From contig OZ024744.1 of the NCBI GenBank assembly GCA_964016885.1, positions 75,764,001 to 75,828,000 on the forward strand: 64,000 nucleotides of DNA, given 5' to 3'. Both the position numbers and the translations under genes were made by a program. Below, piece by piece: positions 13,681 to 27,876 of this stretch. Every line of letters starts with the position of its first letter. Positions within the stretch are counted from its first letter, which is position 1. The DNA is from Eledone cirrhosa. Taxonomy: Eukaryota. The notes beneath the pieces were generated by a model. The model was not told the DNA's origin and did not search any database. It was given only the letters and a program-made list of their open reading frames with translations.

Positions 13681-13864
13681 TAATTGTTTCTACTTTAGGC
13701 ACAAGGCCAGCAATTACTCAGTGCATGATTGGTACTTTATTTTATCGACCCCGTAAGGATGAAAGGCAAAGTCAACCTCGGCGGGATTTGAACTCAGATC
13801 GTAAAGGGACGTAACTATGCTGGAAAGCATGGCGTCCGACCCTCCACCGATACTGCCAATCCAC
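13681..13864 (-). mobile_element. tRNA-derived SINE (octopus-type family)
   Basis: Shared body ttttatcgaccccgtaaggatgaaaggcaaag, with B-box-like gagttcaaatcc and A-box-like tggcagtatcgg on the minus strand. Partial copies at ~10322-10455 (+), 12710-12813 (-) and 25055-25150 (+). Confidence 0.85.
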
Positions 13865-13880
13865 GTGTGTATATATATAT

Positions 13881-14074
13881 ACGTTATTCCGCGTTGAATC
13901 GGAGGTAACCACAGTAAGTAAGGTACTCAATACATAGCAGAGTATAAAAGTTTTAATATCGATGAGATTCTACAGGACTATAGCTTTTTCATTCTTTAGA
14001 AATCATCAGGATTCCTGATGATTTCTAAAGAATGAAACAGTTCTAGTCCTGTAGAATCTCATCTATATTAAAAC
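13881..14074. mobile_element. Family A fold-back whose turn lies at the HHR 5' edge
   Basis: ...catcagg-att-cctgatg... turn at 14011-14013; intact HHR core on + (~14010-14059); tail on the left arm. Confidence 0.85.
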
Positions 14075-14198
<124 letters not shown>

Positions 14199-14599
14199 CG
14201 TGCGTGTGTGCGTGTGTGCGTGCGCGTGCGTGTGTGCATTTTTCATTCTCTATATTTTCACTAACGCATACTTATGTATGACAACAATTAGCCCATTTTT
14301 AGTCCTTACTACGAAAATATTTATCTTCCTTATTATTATTAGTCTATTATTATACCATTATAATTGTTATTACTCTTATTATTAGCACCTTCAGTATCTT
14401 TAGGGTTAATTATAATTCTATTAATATGATTTTCCATTAATGGTAGCTGGAAAATATTCAGCTTTTCTAAAAAGAAGGTCTCCTAATTTTTTCATAGTAG
14501 GTATTTGTTCTTCCCGCTTCACTTAATGATATAATTCTCCTTGCATACATTTTACCACATCTCAAAGGGACGTTTAAGATGCGTTGAAATGTATAATAA

Positions 14600-14773
14600 A
14601 TAATTGTTTCTACTTTTGGCACAAGGCCAGCAATTACCCAGTGCATTACTGGTACTTTATTTTATCGACCCAGTAATGATGAAAGGCAAAGTTAACCTCG
14701 GCGGGATTTGAACTCAGAATGGCAAGGGCCATAACTCTATGCGTCAAAGCATGGCGTCCAACCCTCTACCGAT
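14600..14773 (-). mobile_element. tRNA-derived SINE copy
   Basis: Same consensus as 13681-13864. Confidence 0.85.
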
Positions 14774-15009
14774 AATAAATAATAGATTAGAAAGAAATAC
14801 ATGCAGGAGAGTGGCTACTATAATTGATCCACACATGCGTATTTAAAGATTAGACCAGTTAGGGAGAACACAAAGAGCGTTCGTTTTGTTTTGAACCATA
14901 ATCATTTTTACATTTGAAAATTGGGTATTAACCTTGAAATATCATGCTGAAATATATTGGGAAAAAACAAGTTTGGTGAAACTTACCAGTCATTTATTAC
15001 ACCTCTTCC

Positions 15010-15114
<105 letters not shown>

Positions 15115-15567
15115 GTGTCAGTGTATGTGTGTGTATGTCAGTGTGTGTGTGTCTGTGTGTCAGTGTGTGTGTTCAGTAAAAAAAATATTTTGGTAAAAAC
15201 AGGAGCAAGCAGGAGAAAGCTCTCTACACTTGTAGTTTGTAGTTGCGATGGAGATTCAGTATAAGAATAACATTAAGAAAGATGATGTGATTACATAAAG
15301 TGTTTATTCATTATGATTATTTCCACGGCTGCCTTTATGCAATCCAAGACGCAGTCACTGCATTTGTTGCGGGCATGGGAACGTATTCCTCAGACGGATA
15401 TTCGTTTATGTGATATGTTGCTGGCAAAAACATGTTTTTCTTCTATGCTTGCCGAGCTCGCAAGAAGAACATGTTTTTGCCTGCAGCAAAAGTCAATGAA
15501 ATTGCGTCTTCATGATGGTATTACTTGCTAGAGGAAGCAACCAGCGCTATCACATCTCTTCGTATTA

Positions 15568-15651
<84 letters not shown>

Positions 15652-16548
15652 GATTCAGTCTTAACTACATCGGATGCTGCAATGACATCAGGGAAGAATC
15701 TGCATTTGGACTCTATTTGGCGCAAAAACTACCATTATCTACAAAGACTTTTCATTCTATGTCTGACAATGATATTGTCGAGTCGAAGCTAGCTGACGAA
15801 CTGTGAGTTTTTTGCCCCGGGCGTAGCACAGGCGACCAATTCTGATTACTGTGCGTGTTAAGGTATGTTTCACAATATTTAGACATATCTATCTACCTGG
15901 CAAAAGTAATAATTCAGAGTCGGTCAAACTTGTTGAGCCATAAATATGGCCAATAATTGGAGATGTTAAAGCCATTACCACCTTATTTTATTTTTCTTCA
16001 CCGTTGAATATCTAAGACTACATTATGAAATGTGTCCCTTCTTTTTCAGGTCGTGAAGGTTTAAGTCAAGGTGAGATTTTAATTATATCACCACCAACAT
16101 GCGTGACCACGTAGAGGCCCTCACAATGATGCTTCAATAGCAAGTAGATATTCCCATATAAGAGTATGAAAGCCAGACTAACCCCCTCCTCCCACCATAA
16201 AAAAAAAAAAAAATCATGGATATTGAATTCTGTAAATATTAGCCAAGTATGTGTACTGATTTCGCTTCGTGGGTGAATTTTTATCTGAGTTGTAAATGTT
16301 CTTGAGGTGAGAGAGAAAAAAAATGTATAAACATCATATCTCATCCATCCCTTTTCACTTTAAATGTGTTAGCCTTGTTTCTAAGGAAAATGACAAAAAT
16401 ACTCCTAATTATGATTATAATTCTCTCCTATGAAAGCAATGTAAGTTCAGTAATTAGGCTTGTCGTTGTTTTCAATTTTTTGACTGAATGTATATATAAG
16501 CTGTTTAAAAAGTTGGATTATTCATGTTTTGTTTAACGATTCTTTTTT

Positions 16549-16631
<83 letters not shown>

Positions 16632-16797
16632 ATTTGTTTACTTATTTGTTTACGTATGCTTTGTTTTGCGGGGAGGAATTGTTGATAACTTTATTAAAGG
16701 ACCTGAGGAATGTAATGTTGAGACAATGCATATTATTGTTAATCACAACTGGATTAGTTTATCTATTATACCACAATGATGTTTCTATACATTTTCT

Positions 16798-16915
<118 letters not shown>

Positions 16916-17115
16916 AAGGCTTATGGTTGTTCAGTTTTATTGTATTGAAACAGTTGTTTGTTTTTGTAGTATTTTCTATTGCTTAGTTCCATAGTGTGAC
17001 TTCGTAGTCCCCCCCTCACCCCCTCCCCTTCTTGACTAAATGACAGTATGTTTATTTTGCTGGAACTTATGTGCCTTTTATAAAAAGAAAAAAAAAATCT
17101 GTACTTGTAAATAAT

Positions 17116-17196
17116 TGCTGCTGCTACTACTGCTACTACTGCTACTGCTACAGCTGCTGTTGTTGTTGTTGTTGTTGTTTGTACTAGTGGTGATGG

Positions 17197-17227
<31 letters not shown>

Positions 17228-17535
17228 AATGATGATGAGGTTCATCTTATTTGTTTACATGATGATGTTGATGTTGATGATGAGGATGATGATGATGATA
17301 ACGACGACGATGATGATGATGATGATGATGATGATGCTTATGATGAATTTGAAGATGATGATGATTGATAACGATGGTGATGCTGATGTTGATGACGATA
17401 ATGTCAATGAAGGTGATGATGATGACGACGACGACGACGATGATGACAATGATGATGATGATGACAATGATGATGATGATGATGATGATGACAATGATGA
17501 TGATGATGATGACAATGATGATGATGATGATGACA

Positions 17536-17575
<40 letters not shown>

Positions 17576-17580
17576 CAATA

Positions 17581-17614
<34 letters not shown>

Positions 17615-17616
17615 CA

Positions 17617-17653
<37 letters not shown>

Positions 17654-17676
17654 CAATGATGATGATGATGATGACA

Positions 17677-17713
<37 letters not shown>

Positions 17714-17715
17714 CA

Positions 17716-17749
<34 letters not shown>

Positions 17750-17895
17750 CAATGACGATGACGATGATGATGATGACGACGATGACGATGATGACGATGA
17801 CGATGACGACGATGACGACAATGATGATGACGATGATGACGATGATGACGATGACGACGATGATGACGACGACGATGATGACAATGATGATGATG
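17116..17895. repeat. (GAT)n/(GAC)n trinucleotide array
   Basis: Direct reading; source of the poly-D/poly-M/poly-S pseudo-ORFs. Confidence 0.95.
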
Positions 17896-18287
17896 TTAAC
17901 TACTACGTTCATCTTATTTCTATACATTTCTGATGATTTCGGTTCCTCCGAAATTTATTTTAATGTTATTAATCCTCTAAATTCTATTTATATTAACTTT
18001 AAATATTACCACATACAACAGTCAACATAATCCATCACGAGACTAGAAGAATAAGATTGACAGAAGAATCGTTGGAGCACCGAGGAACATTTCTTGTGAT
18101 ATTTTTACCTTTTTTCTCTGTTGAAAATCTGAGAAATGTTATCTGCGAGAAACGTCATATATGCTACCATGTCTGTTAGTTTTCCAGAGTCGGTCGAACC
18201 AAGTGTAGTGATCCAATACTGATGCGGGTTGAATTGACTGTAGATCAGTACTAACATCTATTTATCTATATATATATAAATATATAT

Positions 18288-18709
18288 AATGTAGGAGGTG
18301 AGTTTTATTGTAGTACAATAAAGCAATGCAGATATCGGATAAGAAGCACTCTACAGTTTGTAGGACTGGAGTATACATAATATAAGATCAAAAGATGGTT
18401 AAAGGAGTTCCATGTATTTTATTATGCGCATTTCAAAAACAAACATCATCATGCAATAATATTTGTGTTTTCATCAGATAAAACAGGAGAACATGATATG
18501 AAGGCTAAAAAAACACTTGTGGATAGTGCAGTTTTAAATCAATATGTTGATTTAAATCAATATGTTGATTTGAAACTGCACTATCCACAAGTGTTTTTTA
18601 GCCTTCATATGATGAAAACACAAATATTATTGCATGATGATGTTTGTTTTTGAAATGCGCATAATAAAATACATGGAACTCCTTTAACCATCTTTTGATC
18701 TTATATTAT
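18288..18709. mobile_element. Fold-back element with left tail, inserted in (TA)n
   Basis: Arms start at 18377 and end at 18709, with centre ttgatttaaatcaa at ~18553; tail at 18288-18376. Confidence 0.85.
18416..18484 (-). ncRNA. Type I hammerhead ribozyme motif
   Basis: Minus strand reads gttttat-CTGATGA-aaacacaaatatt...gatgtttgttttt-GAAA-tgcgca-TA-ataaaat. Helix III is the palindrome ATGCGCAT. Confidence 0.8.
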
Positions 18710-18885
18710 AAATATATATATATATACTATATTAGTATATATATATATATATATATATATACTATATATATATATACTAATATTTCTGCTCTGCTTATAC
18801 GCATAGAGCTTAACTAGCTACCGTCACATATTTGGTAGGTCAGACGTGATCATCGCGATTCACATACGACCTACCATACATCTTG

Positions 18886-18949
<64 letters not shown>

Positions 18950-18952
<3 letters not shown>

Positions 18953-19251
18953 TTAATATAGATGAGATTCTACAGGACTAAAACTGTTTCATTCTTTAGA
19001 AATCATCAGGAATCTGGGTATCAAAGAAATAAATATGGTATTTATAGGTCTCTTCAGGTAGTAGGAGAGGGTAGGGAGTGGGATGGGTGTAAGTCATTGG
19101 TTGATAGAAAAGGGAATTCATTAAAAGCTAATTCTTCAAAGCTATAGTTTATATTTAGAGTAACAAAGGCAGAAAGAAGTATATAAACAAGTTGAGGATA
19201 GGGTGCCACTCCTTATGTTTATGGTTACCTCCGATTCAACCCGGAATAACG
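18950..19251 (-). mobile_element. Family A copy (HHR at ~18965-19015, -) with inverted tail on the right
   Basis: Reverse complement of 4597-4776, then ggttacctccgattcaacccggaataacg-(TA)n on +. Confidence 0.8.
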
Positions 19252-19270
19252 TATATATATATATATATAT

Positions 19271-19805
19271 ATTTCGTTTCTGAATTTGTTGTTTAGCAAG
19301 ATTCTTTATCTGAAAACGTGTGTTGAAACCGATATTGTTATACTTTGGGAGGGTCGTGTTGCCAATAAGAAACACACGCACCAGTTGCTTCACTTCAATT
19401 TATTATAAATTAAATTTATAAATTTAGGAATTTATAAATTTCCGGTTGGTTGGTTGGTTCCACAACCAGATGATTGTTCATATATTGTCAAAGTTCTTTC
19501 GTCACACATTCTGTGACCTCTTCAGTGACTGGGGATTCTTTTCTTTGTTTTTGTGCCTCTCCTTTGTTCTGTCCCACGCCATCTTGTTTTTGTACACAAA
19601 GACAAGATGGCGTGGGACAGAACAAAGGAACTGAAGAGGTCACAGAATGTGTGACGAAAGAACTTTGACAATATATGAACAATCATCTGGTTGTGGAACC
19701 AACCAACCAACCAACCGGAAATTTATAAATTCCTAAATTTATAAATTTAATTGAAGTGGTGCGTGTGTTTCTTATTGGCAACATGACCCTCCCAAAGTAT
19801 AACAA
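19271..19805. mobile_element. Fold-back element, family D, with left tail; HHR-like motif at 19487-19529 (-)
   Basis: Arms ~19331-19590 and ~19598-19805. Minus strand reads gtca-CTGAAGA-g-gtcaca-gaatg-tgtgac-GAAA-gaac-TT-tgac. Confidence 0.75.
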
Positions 19806-19810
19806 TATAT

Positions 19811-19890
<80 letters not shown>

Positions 19891-20348
19891 CGAAGGAAAT
19901 GTGGTAAGGAACCAGGTGGACCATAACGCACCAAAGTACTCAATACTTAGGTTAGTAGAGTGGGTAGTAGGAACGAATAGGACCCCGACGAAACGGCTTG
20001 AGCTCAGACGTCGGGGTCCTACTCGTTCCTAACTCGAAACATATTTGGATCTTAAAGTCTAAACTTATCTACGGAACAGGTTTGATTTTGAAATTTAAAT
20101 GTGTCTAAACATCACGGCCTTTTGCCAATACAGTTCGTCTCCGTTGATTTATTATTTTAAATCGATATGGACAAACTGTAGTATAATAATTAGTATACTT
20201 CAATCTGGCTAAATTTTTCTTTTGCAATATATATACAGATGTGTTGGTATCTGTGTTTCATCACATACATATTAATTTATACACTGCTCAGGGGATATTT
20301 TTCCTCATTCGAGCTGATTCCATTGTAAAAGAATTCATTACCTTATTA

Positions 20349-20414
<66 letters not shown>

Positions 20415-20443
20415 TTCTCTGAGATTCTGTCACAAAACGTCAA

Positions 20444-20523
20444 GAGAGAGTGGTGTAGTTTCACTACCTCATACTACTCCCCTCTCTTTACGTCTGCTGC
20501 CTGCGTACAACATATTAAAGAGA

Positions 20524-20595
<72 letters not shown>

Positions 20596-20797
20596 TAAGT
20601 AGTTTCGCTACCTCATACTACTCCTCTCTCTTTACGTCTGCTGCCTGCGTACAACATATTTAAGGAGAGAGGTGTAGTTTCACTACCTCATACTACTCCT
20701 CTCTCTTTACGTCTGCTGCCTGTGCACAACATATTAAAGAGAGAGGTGTTGTTTCACTACCTCATACTACTCCCCTCTCTCTACGTCTGCTGCCTGC
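20444..20797. repeat. ~74-bp tandem repeat, 4 units, with one expanded (GA)n
   Basis: ctacctcatactactc...tacgtctgctgcctg recurs four times. Confidence 0.85.
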
Positions 20798-21111
20798 GTG
20801 AATGTATGTGTGTAAAAAGAAGGAAGCGGGTGGTGAACAAAACTATAGCAAAATAGCGGCTGGCGTTCCATTTGTTGTGCTGTGTATGTGTGTATGTGTT
20901 TGTGTGAATGTATATGTGTGTTTTTGTAAATGTATGTGCGTGTTTGTGTGAATGTATGTGTGAGTGTGTATTTTGGTAAGTGTGTAAGTGTTTACACGTT
21001 TATATTTATATACTCATACATATAAATGTATACATATGTACATACATACACTCACACACATATACACATACGTGTCAGCGTGGTGGAAAAAATCCTAGTA
21101 CAATAAGTATC

Positions 21112-21729
21112 AGTGGTGCAATTAAGCCCGTACTTTTTCCGGTTTCGTAGCATGAAGCGACTGAGAGTACAAGACTTCTCCACTAGACAGGACGCCAGTC
21201 TATCACAGGGTAAAGCCCCCCCCCCCCCCCAGCTATTGCTGGTACTCCTTTTCAGCTGAGTATATTAGATCAACTTGAAATGAAGTGTTTTTCTCAAAGA
21301 ACACAACACACAACCCAGCCCAGAAATCGAACCCACGACGATGTTTTGGGATCGCTGGCTTATGCTGACCCCGGTCTCGTTGAGCAAGAAGAAGAAGAAG
21401 AAGAAGGTGCAATTAAGCGCAAATAACAAATGCAGTATGACTTAATTGTTAAGGGGTTCTCTCCCACTACGTGGCATCTTGGGCAAGTGTGATTTACCAA
21501 CACCTCGGATTTTCCCAAACCTCGATTCCTGAGCTGGGTTGTGTGTTGTGTTCTTGAGAAAAACTCTTCATTTCATGTTGCTCCAGTATACTCAGCTGAA
21601 AAGGAGTACCAGCAATAGCTGGGGATTTAACCCTGCTATGGACTGACGTCCTGTCCAGCGGGGAAGTTTTGTTCTTTCAGTCGCTTCATGCCACGAAACC
21701 GGGATAAGTACAGGCTTAATTGCACCACT
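21112..21729. mobile_element. Two copies of a second SINE-like family in inverted orientation (21112-21335 -, 21522-21729 +)
   Basis: gtggtgcaattaagccc...cagctattgctggtactccttttcagctgagtata pairs with tatactcagctgaaaaggagtaccagcaatagctg...ggcttaattgcaccac. Confidence 0.7.
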
Positions 21730-22224
21730 AAAGCTTGTGAATGAAATTGGGTAACGGAAATGGTTTGGAATCTCGTTACATGTAGAGTTCCTGTAAATTC
21801 AAAGGACCAGCCTTGTCACACAGTGCCATGCTGAATCTCCCTAAGAATTACCTTAAGGGTACACGTATCTATGGAATTCTCAGCAACTTCTACATTAATT
21901 TCGGAAGTAGGCTGTTTCATTTATTGAACAACTGGATCATTCCTCATCTTAACCGACGGAAGTCCTTTCCCAAGATGAAATTTCTGTCTATTTACGCGGT
22001 TTTGACGACAATATAAATTGAAATAACTATTGCTGTATATGAGTTTCCTATTAATATTATCTCTCTGTAGTTCCATATAAGGCGGCAGATTAACAGTATT
22101 CGTTTCAACTTTCCTGGAGGTGATGTACATGTAGTGATGCAATTGACTAAACCTAACCTGAAATCCTTACCCCTCTCTTATATATACAGGTACATATGCC
22201 TGTGAGAGAGAGAGGGAGAGAGTG

Positions 22225-22278
<54 letters not shown>

Positions 22279-22286
22279 GAGAGAGA

Positions 22287-22318
<32 letters not shown>

Positions 22319-22580
22319 TACACAAATACCCCTTTATGGTCTTGTACCTATTGTTTCAAATAGTATGATGATAATTTCGCCTGATCCCATCCTTTCGTTA
22401 TTTGATAAAATAAAATACCAGTTATGTATTGGGGCTTTACGACTCCATTATGCGTTTAGGGCCGCGGATGGGTGGATGGATATGGATAATTCGATACATT
22501 CCTGTCAATACAGCTCGCACACTCACATAACATGTCATTCACAAACGCATGCACACTAAAAACGCAGTCCCCGTTAAAAA

Positions 22581-22752
22581 TAATTGTTTCTACATTAGGC
22601 ACAAGGCCAGCAATTACCCAGTGCATTACTGGTACTTTATTTTATCGACCCTGTAAGGATGAAAGGCAAAGTTAACCTTGGCGGGATTTGAACTCAGAAT
22701 GGCAAGGGCCGTAACTCTATACGTCAAAGCATGGCGTCCGACCCTCTACCAA
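22581..22752 (-). mobile_element. tRNA-derived SINE copy
   Basis: Same consensus as 13681-13864. Confidence 0.85.
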
Positions 22753-22999
22753 TATTGAAAAATAATGATGCATAATAAAGTCGAGTGGATGACAGAAGCA
22801 GAGAAGCAAGGGATAAAATGTCTTGTAGTATTCATCAAAGACATATCGTTATGCAGTATTCAAAGGTATTTCTTAATCCGAATCTCACAGAAATTTACGA
22901 TCTCTTTAATCTTTCTAGGAACGACAAATTCTATACTAATCCGTGGAAACTGCTTTTGCGGTTTTGACCTAAGGGCGCAGCCCCAACACCATCACGCCA

Positions 23000-23305
23000 A
23001 CATTTATTACATCGCTTATATAAACGTTCATATACTTGCATTGTTATATAAGGTTTATATTTCCGTCACTAATTTTCTACAAATGCAGTTTATATATAAT
23101 ATTGTCTTTTTTAAATGTATCATGGATTACTTTACTGACTGCAGAAGACAGTGTAACACAGTCTCTTTTCAATTTCTGTACATATCCTCAATTACGGTTT
23201 TATTTGACGTATCATATCTAAATGCATATATATTTGCATATAATATCAATATGCACACTACACATACTAGCATAAAACCACCCGAAGGGTAGTTTTTCTG
23301 CTAGT
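23000..23305 (+). repeat. Dispersed repeat (second copy ~54030-54282) ending in a hairpin plus CTAG|T
   Basis: Shared atcatggattactttactga..agaagacagtgtaacacagtctc...cacactacacat. Confidence 0.7.
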
Positions 23306-23469
23306 GTATATATTTTTTTATGTTTATCGACCTTGAAAGGAGGAAAAACAAAGTTGACCTCGTCGAGTTTTCAGCTTTGATCGCAGAGAAAGCTTGAACT
23401 AATCCTGCAACGCATTCTATTCAACGTTCTAGCAACTCTGCTAATTTTACTTCAAATTTTACATTATTG

Positions 23470-23652
23470 TGGTGGATTGGCAGTATCAGACGCCATGATT
23501 TGCAGCAAAGAGTTACGGCTCTTTATGGTCTGAGTTCAAATCCCGCCGAGGTTAACTTTGCCTTTCATCCTTACAGGGTCAATAAAATAAAAAAAACCAG
23601 TAATGCACTGGTGTAATTGCTGGCCTTTTTTTAAAAATTGAAACAATTATTG
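23470..23652 (+). mobile_element. tRNA-derived SINE copy (a degenerate minus copy lies at ~23315-23450)
   Basis: tggcagtatcag A-box-like and gagttcaaatcc B-box-like sequence at ~23532. Confidence 0.8.
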
Positions 23653-24010
23653 TGGTTGCTGTTGTTTAATCCTAAATCAGATTTACTTGAACAGACCAAT
23701 AATAAAACTATTTCAATTAAGTTACCTCCTCTTCTTTGCGTTGTTCCTATTTTTAAAACGACAGTGTGTGATATCAAGTGACTTAGGTTGCTATTTTTAA
23801 CAGATCAGTAGAGTACTTAGACGTTTACCTAATGAGAAAAAGCTACAGACAGTTAAGTTCCTAAGTTTGGTTAAGTTGGTGTGGAGAAGCAATCATTCAC
23901 GTTTTATGACTGATCCTTAGTCGGTATTCTCTTCTTCTAAATTTGCTACCTTCTCTAAATATTTGTTTCTACTTTTGACACAACTCTATGCCATAAAGCA
24001 TGTTGAATAA

Positions 24011-24540
24011 ATAATTGTTTCTACTTTTGGCACAAGGCCAGCAATTATCCAAGTGTATTACTGGTACTTTATTTTATCGACCCCCGTAAGGATGAAAGGC
24101 GGCAAAGTTAACCTCGGCGGGATTTGAACTCAGTCCGTAAAGGGACGTAACTGTGCTGCAAAGCATGGCGTCCGACCCTCCTCGGATACTGCCAATCGGA
24201 AGAGTCGATTAAATCAACCCCAATGCATTACTGCTACTTTATTTTATCGATCCCCGTAAGGATGAAAGGCAAAGTTAACCTCGGCGGGATTTGACTCAGA
24301 ACTTATGAGCCATAACTTTATGCTGCAAAAATGGTGTCTGATGTTCTACCGCTACTGCCAATCCATCTCTAAATAATTGTTTCTATTTTTGAAACAAGGC
24401 TAGTAATTACTGGTACTTTATTTTATCGACCCCGTAAGGATGAAAGGCAAAGTTAACCTCGGCGGGGTTTGAACACGGAGCGTAACTTTATGCTGCAAAA
24501 CATGGCATCCGACCTCTACCGATACTGTCAATCCACCACC
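24011..24540 (-). mobile_element. Three head-to-tail tRNA-derived SINE copies
   Basis: Consensus body repeated at ~24011-24198, 24200-24366 and 24373-24540. Confidence 0.85.
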
Positions 24541-24803
24541 AATCCATCTCTAGATAATATATGCGACCTAGACTACCACTATTTCCCTTGTGTTTGTTCA
24601 TATATTTGTTGCTAGATATGTATATATGTATGAGAGTAAATATTGGATATAGAAATACAACTGGATTTTACTATCAAAGTATTTTATATACAAAGAAACA
24701 ATCGTTTTTTACAAAGCTTTGGGAAAATTTCAACTTTGAAACTATGTTTGCTTATTGTAATCTCCTGCAACGCAAGTTTAACCATAAAATAGTGAAACAA
24801 GTT

Positions 24804-24857
<54 letters not shown>

Positions 24858-24861
24858 ATGT

Positions 24862-24934
<73 letters not shown>

Positions 24935-25011
24935 CGTGTGTGTGTGTGTGTGTGTGTGTGCGCGTGTGTGTGCATGTATGTGTGAGTGTGTGTGTAAATA
25001 TACATACATAT

Positions 25012-25058
<47 letters not shown>

Positions 25059-25276
25059 CTTTGCCTTTCATCCTTACGGGGTCGATAAAATAAAGTACCA
25101 GTAATACACTGAGTGATTGCTGACCTTGTGCCAAAAGTAGAAACAATTATTTCCCATTCGTTTTCATAGTCAGCAAGGGAGTTATACTTAAACAGATACA
25201 CACTCACACACACACATATATATATATATATATGTTTATGTGTGTGTGTATATATATATATATATATACATACATA

Positions 25277-25327
<51 letters not shown>

Positions 25328-25448
25328 GTGGAAGGAAGAAAGTGGACAATACCCTACGGTAACTGCACTCACATCGTACTCGAGAGTATTCCGGCGGGGC
25401 GGCTGCGTTACCATTACATTATTTTGTCCACTTTTTCTGTCTCTAGAG

Positions 25449-25618
25449 CAGAGTTTCCCAAACACTTTTTGGTTCAGAAACTTTTGGAGGAAACCCCAAA
25501 CTCTAATGCTGTTATATGGTCGTAATATAAATATACTCCTCTACCTTTTTTTCACGGAACCCCAGACACTCCTTTGTGGAACGCTTGGGTTACGTGGAAC
25601 CCACTTTCGGAACCACTA
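25449..25618. mobile_element. hAT (Charlie-type) MITE
   Basis: Imperfect TIRs cagagtttcccaaa / tttcggaaccacta. The 8-bp TSD ctctagag (25441-25448) / ctctaggg (25619-25626) matches the NTCTAGAN target preference. Confidence 0.7.
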
Positions 25619-25967
25619 CTCTAGGGGATTATATACTTAACTTTGACTATTTCAAACAGCCAAACCTACGTTAGAACATTTTACAATAAGCTAACATACT
25701 TTCAAATTTAAATTGTATTTACTTTAATTAAACATTCAATTCTACATAGTATTACAATTTGTTTTTCGTATTTTGTTTGTTTTTTCTTTCTTTTGTTTTC
25801 TGTTGTTTTTTGTTCATTTATATTAATATGTACGAATCAGTTGTGCAATGAAATAATGTACAAGAATCCTTAGAACATTCTATTCATCCGCGTTCAGCTT
25901 AACATGTATAATTATGTAATTTCCATTTGCGACATAGGTATTCAGATAATATATATGTGTGTAGGTT

Positions 25968-26005
<38 letters not shown>

Positions 26006-26200
26006 TCTGTGTGTGTGTGTGTGTATATGTGTGCGTGTGCGTGTGCATATATGTATGGGTACCCTCGAGTTTAGGGAACTACACGAAACACAGTGAAGAG
26101 TGTATACTTTATTTAAAATGCATCCCTCTTTTGCGTCAATATTCTCACCTGCAATTCGACAGACGACATCTCTTCCCCCCCCCACTCCCCTCTCTCTCTC

Positions 26201-26272
<72 letters not shown>

Positions 26273-26282
<10 letters not shown>

Positions 26283-26516
26283 GAATAGATTTCACCGTAT
26301 TTTTGACTAAAGAAATGTTTAGCCTGATAATGGGGTTTAGAACCCTCAGATAAATGGAAAAAGATGAGTATTGATGTACATGTACATTTTCCATTTATCT
26401 GAGGGTTCTAAACCACACTATCAGGCTAAAAATGTCTTTAGTCAAAAATACGGTGAAAGCTATTCTATTTTCTAATTTCAAAGCTGCTCACTGTTTCAAA
26501 ACATACTTACTCGTCA
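26273..26516. mobile_element. Fold-back element with ~40-nt right tail, inserted in (TA)n
   Basis: ttagaaaatagaatag...cagataaatggaaaa pairs with ttttccatttatctg...ctattctattttctaa. Confidence 0.8.
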
Positions 26517-26670
26517 TATATATATATATACCGTATAGTAATTTGTTGTTGATCTTTTAGGTCAACAATATACAGAATATTCCCCTGAAGTACTTTACGT
26601 CGTGGCTCCCTAAATGGTATCCGACGGAGTGTCTATAATATGGAAAGAAACTTTAAAAACCTTCTTCTTC

Positions 26671-26769
<99 letters not shown>

Positions 26770-26779
26770 CATATAAGTG

Positions 26780-27876
26780 GTGTTGGATGCTTAAAGCGTC
26801 CGTATGTGGCCGAGAATGTGAGAGAAAAGAGTTACTCACAGGTCAAACGGGAAGAAAGAGGAGGAGGAGGAGAGGTAGTGACAGAGAATGGGTGAGTGAA
26901 GGGTGAGGTGAGGAAGAGGCTAACAGAGAGAGAGACTGCAAGAAAGGGTAAAGATATATAGAACGAAAAAGACGGTGTAGCAGCAGAGGAAAAAATATGT
27001 GTAAATATGATAATAAGGGCGCTGCGGAGTTGCAAATGGGTTACATATGAAAAAAGTTGCCTCACCATTTTGTTTGTTTACCCTCGCGTCCCCTTTATTT
27101 ACGTGTCCCAACGACTTTTTTTAGCCGTTGCTCGCACCAACCGGAGGTATATGGTCTTTAAAGCGATGAAATGCCTATGATAGTTGGAAGATCACTGATG
27201 AAGGACCAACTTTTTTCATATGTAACCCATTTGCAACTCCGCAGCGCCCTTATTATCATATTTACACATATTTTTTCCTCTGCTGCTACACCGTCTTTTT
27301 CGTTCTATGTATCTTTACCCTTTCTAGCAGTCTCTCTCTCTGTTAGCCTCTTCCTCACCTCACCCTTCACTCACTCATTCTCTGTCACTACCTCCCCTCC
27401 TCCTCCTCTTTCTTCCCGTTTGACCTGTGAGTAACTCTTTTCTCTCACATTCTCGGCCAAGCTGGTCGGAATTTTTTCTCTCTCGTCCTCAATTTCACAG
27501 AACTTATGTTTACCGAATTCGCAGACCAGACCCCTTCTTCCTCCCGTTAGACCTGTGCGAAATTCCTTCCTTGCTCACATTTCAACCAGGTTTGATGGTC
27601 TTTATTCTCTCGTTCACGATTTCACCGAACTTAAATTCATAGAAATCTGGGACTTGTCTCCTTATTCCTCACTTTCTGTTGCCTCACCATTTTGTTTGTT
27701 TACCCTCGCGTCCCCTTTATTTACGTGTCCCAACGACTTTTTTTAGCCGTTGCTCGCACCAACCGGAGGTATATGGTCTTTAAAGCGAGGAAATACCTAT
27801 GATAGTTGGAAGATCACTGATGAAGGACAAACCTTTTTCATATGTAACCCATTTGCAACTCCGCAGCGCCCTTATT
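26780..27876. mobile_element. Complex inverted/tandem element, inserted in (TA)n
   Basis: 26807-27055 is the reverse complement of 27208-27457, and 27056-27255 is directly repeated at ~27678-27876. It contains CTGATGA half-motifs. Confidence 0.75.

Noticed and set aside
13681-13864. tRNA genes at the A/B-box motifs
   Set aside because: There is no cloverleaf. The boxes are heads of a multi-copy SINE with a shared body and tail.
15423-15482. ~18-bp hairpin as a pre-miRNA
   Set aside because: It is indistinguishable from the many repeat-derived fold-backs and has no independent support.
17115-18030. Poly-Asp acidic biomineralisation protein
   Set aside because: This is a pure (GAT)n expansion with no credible start or exon context.
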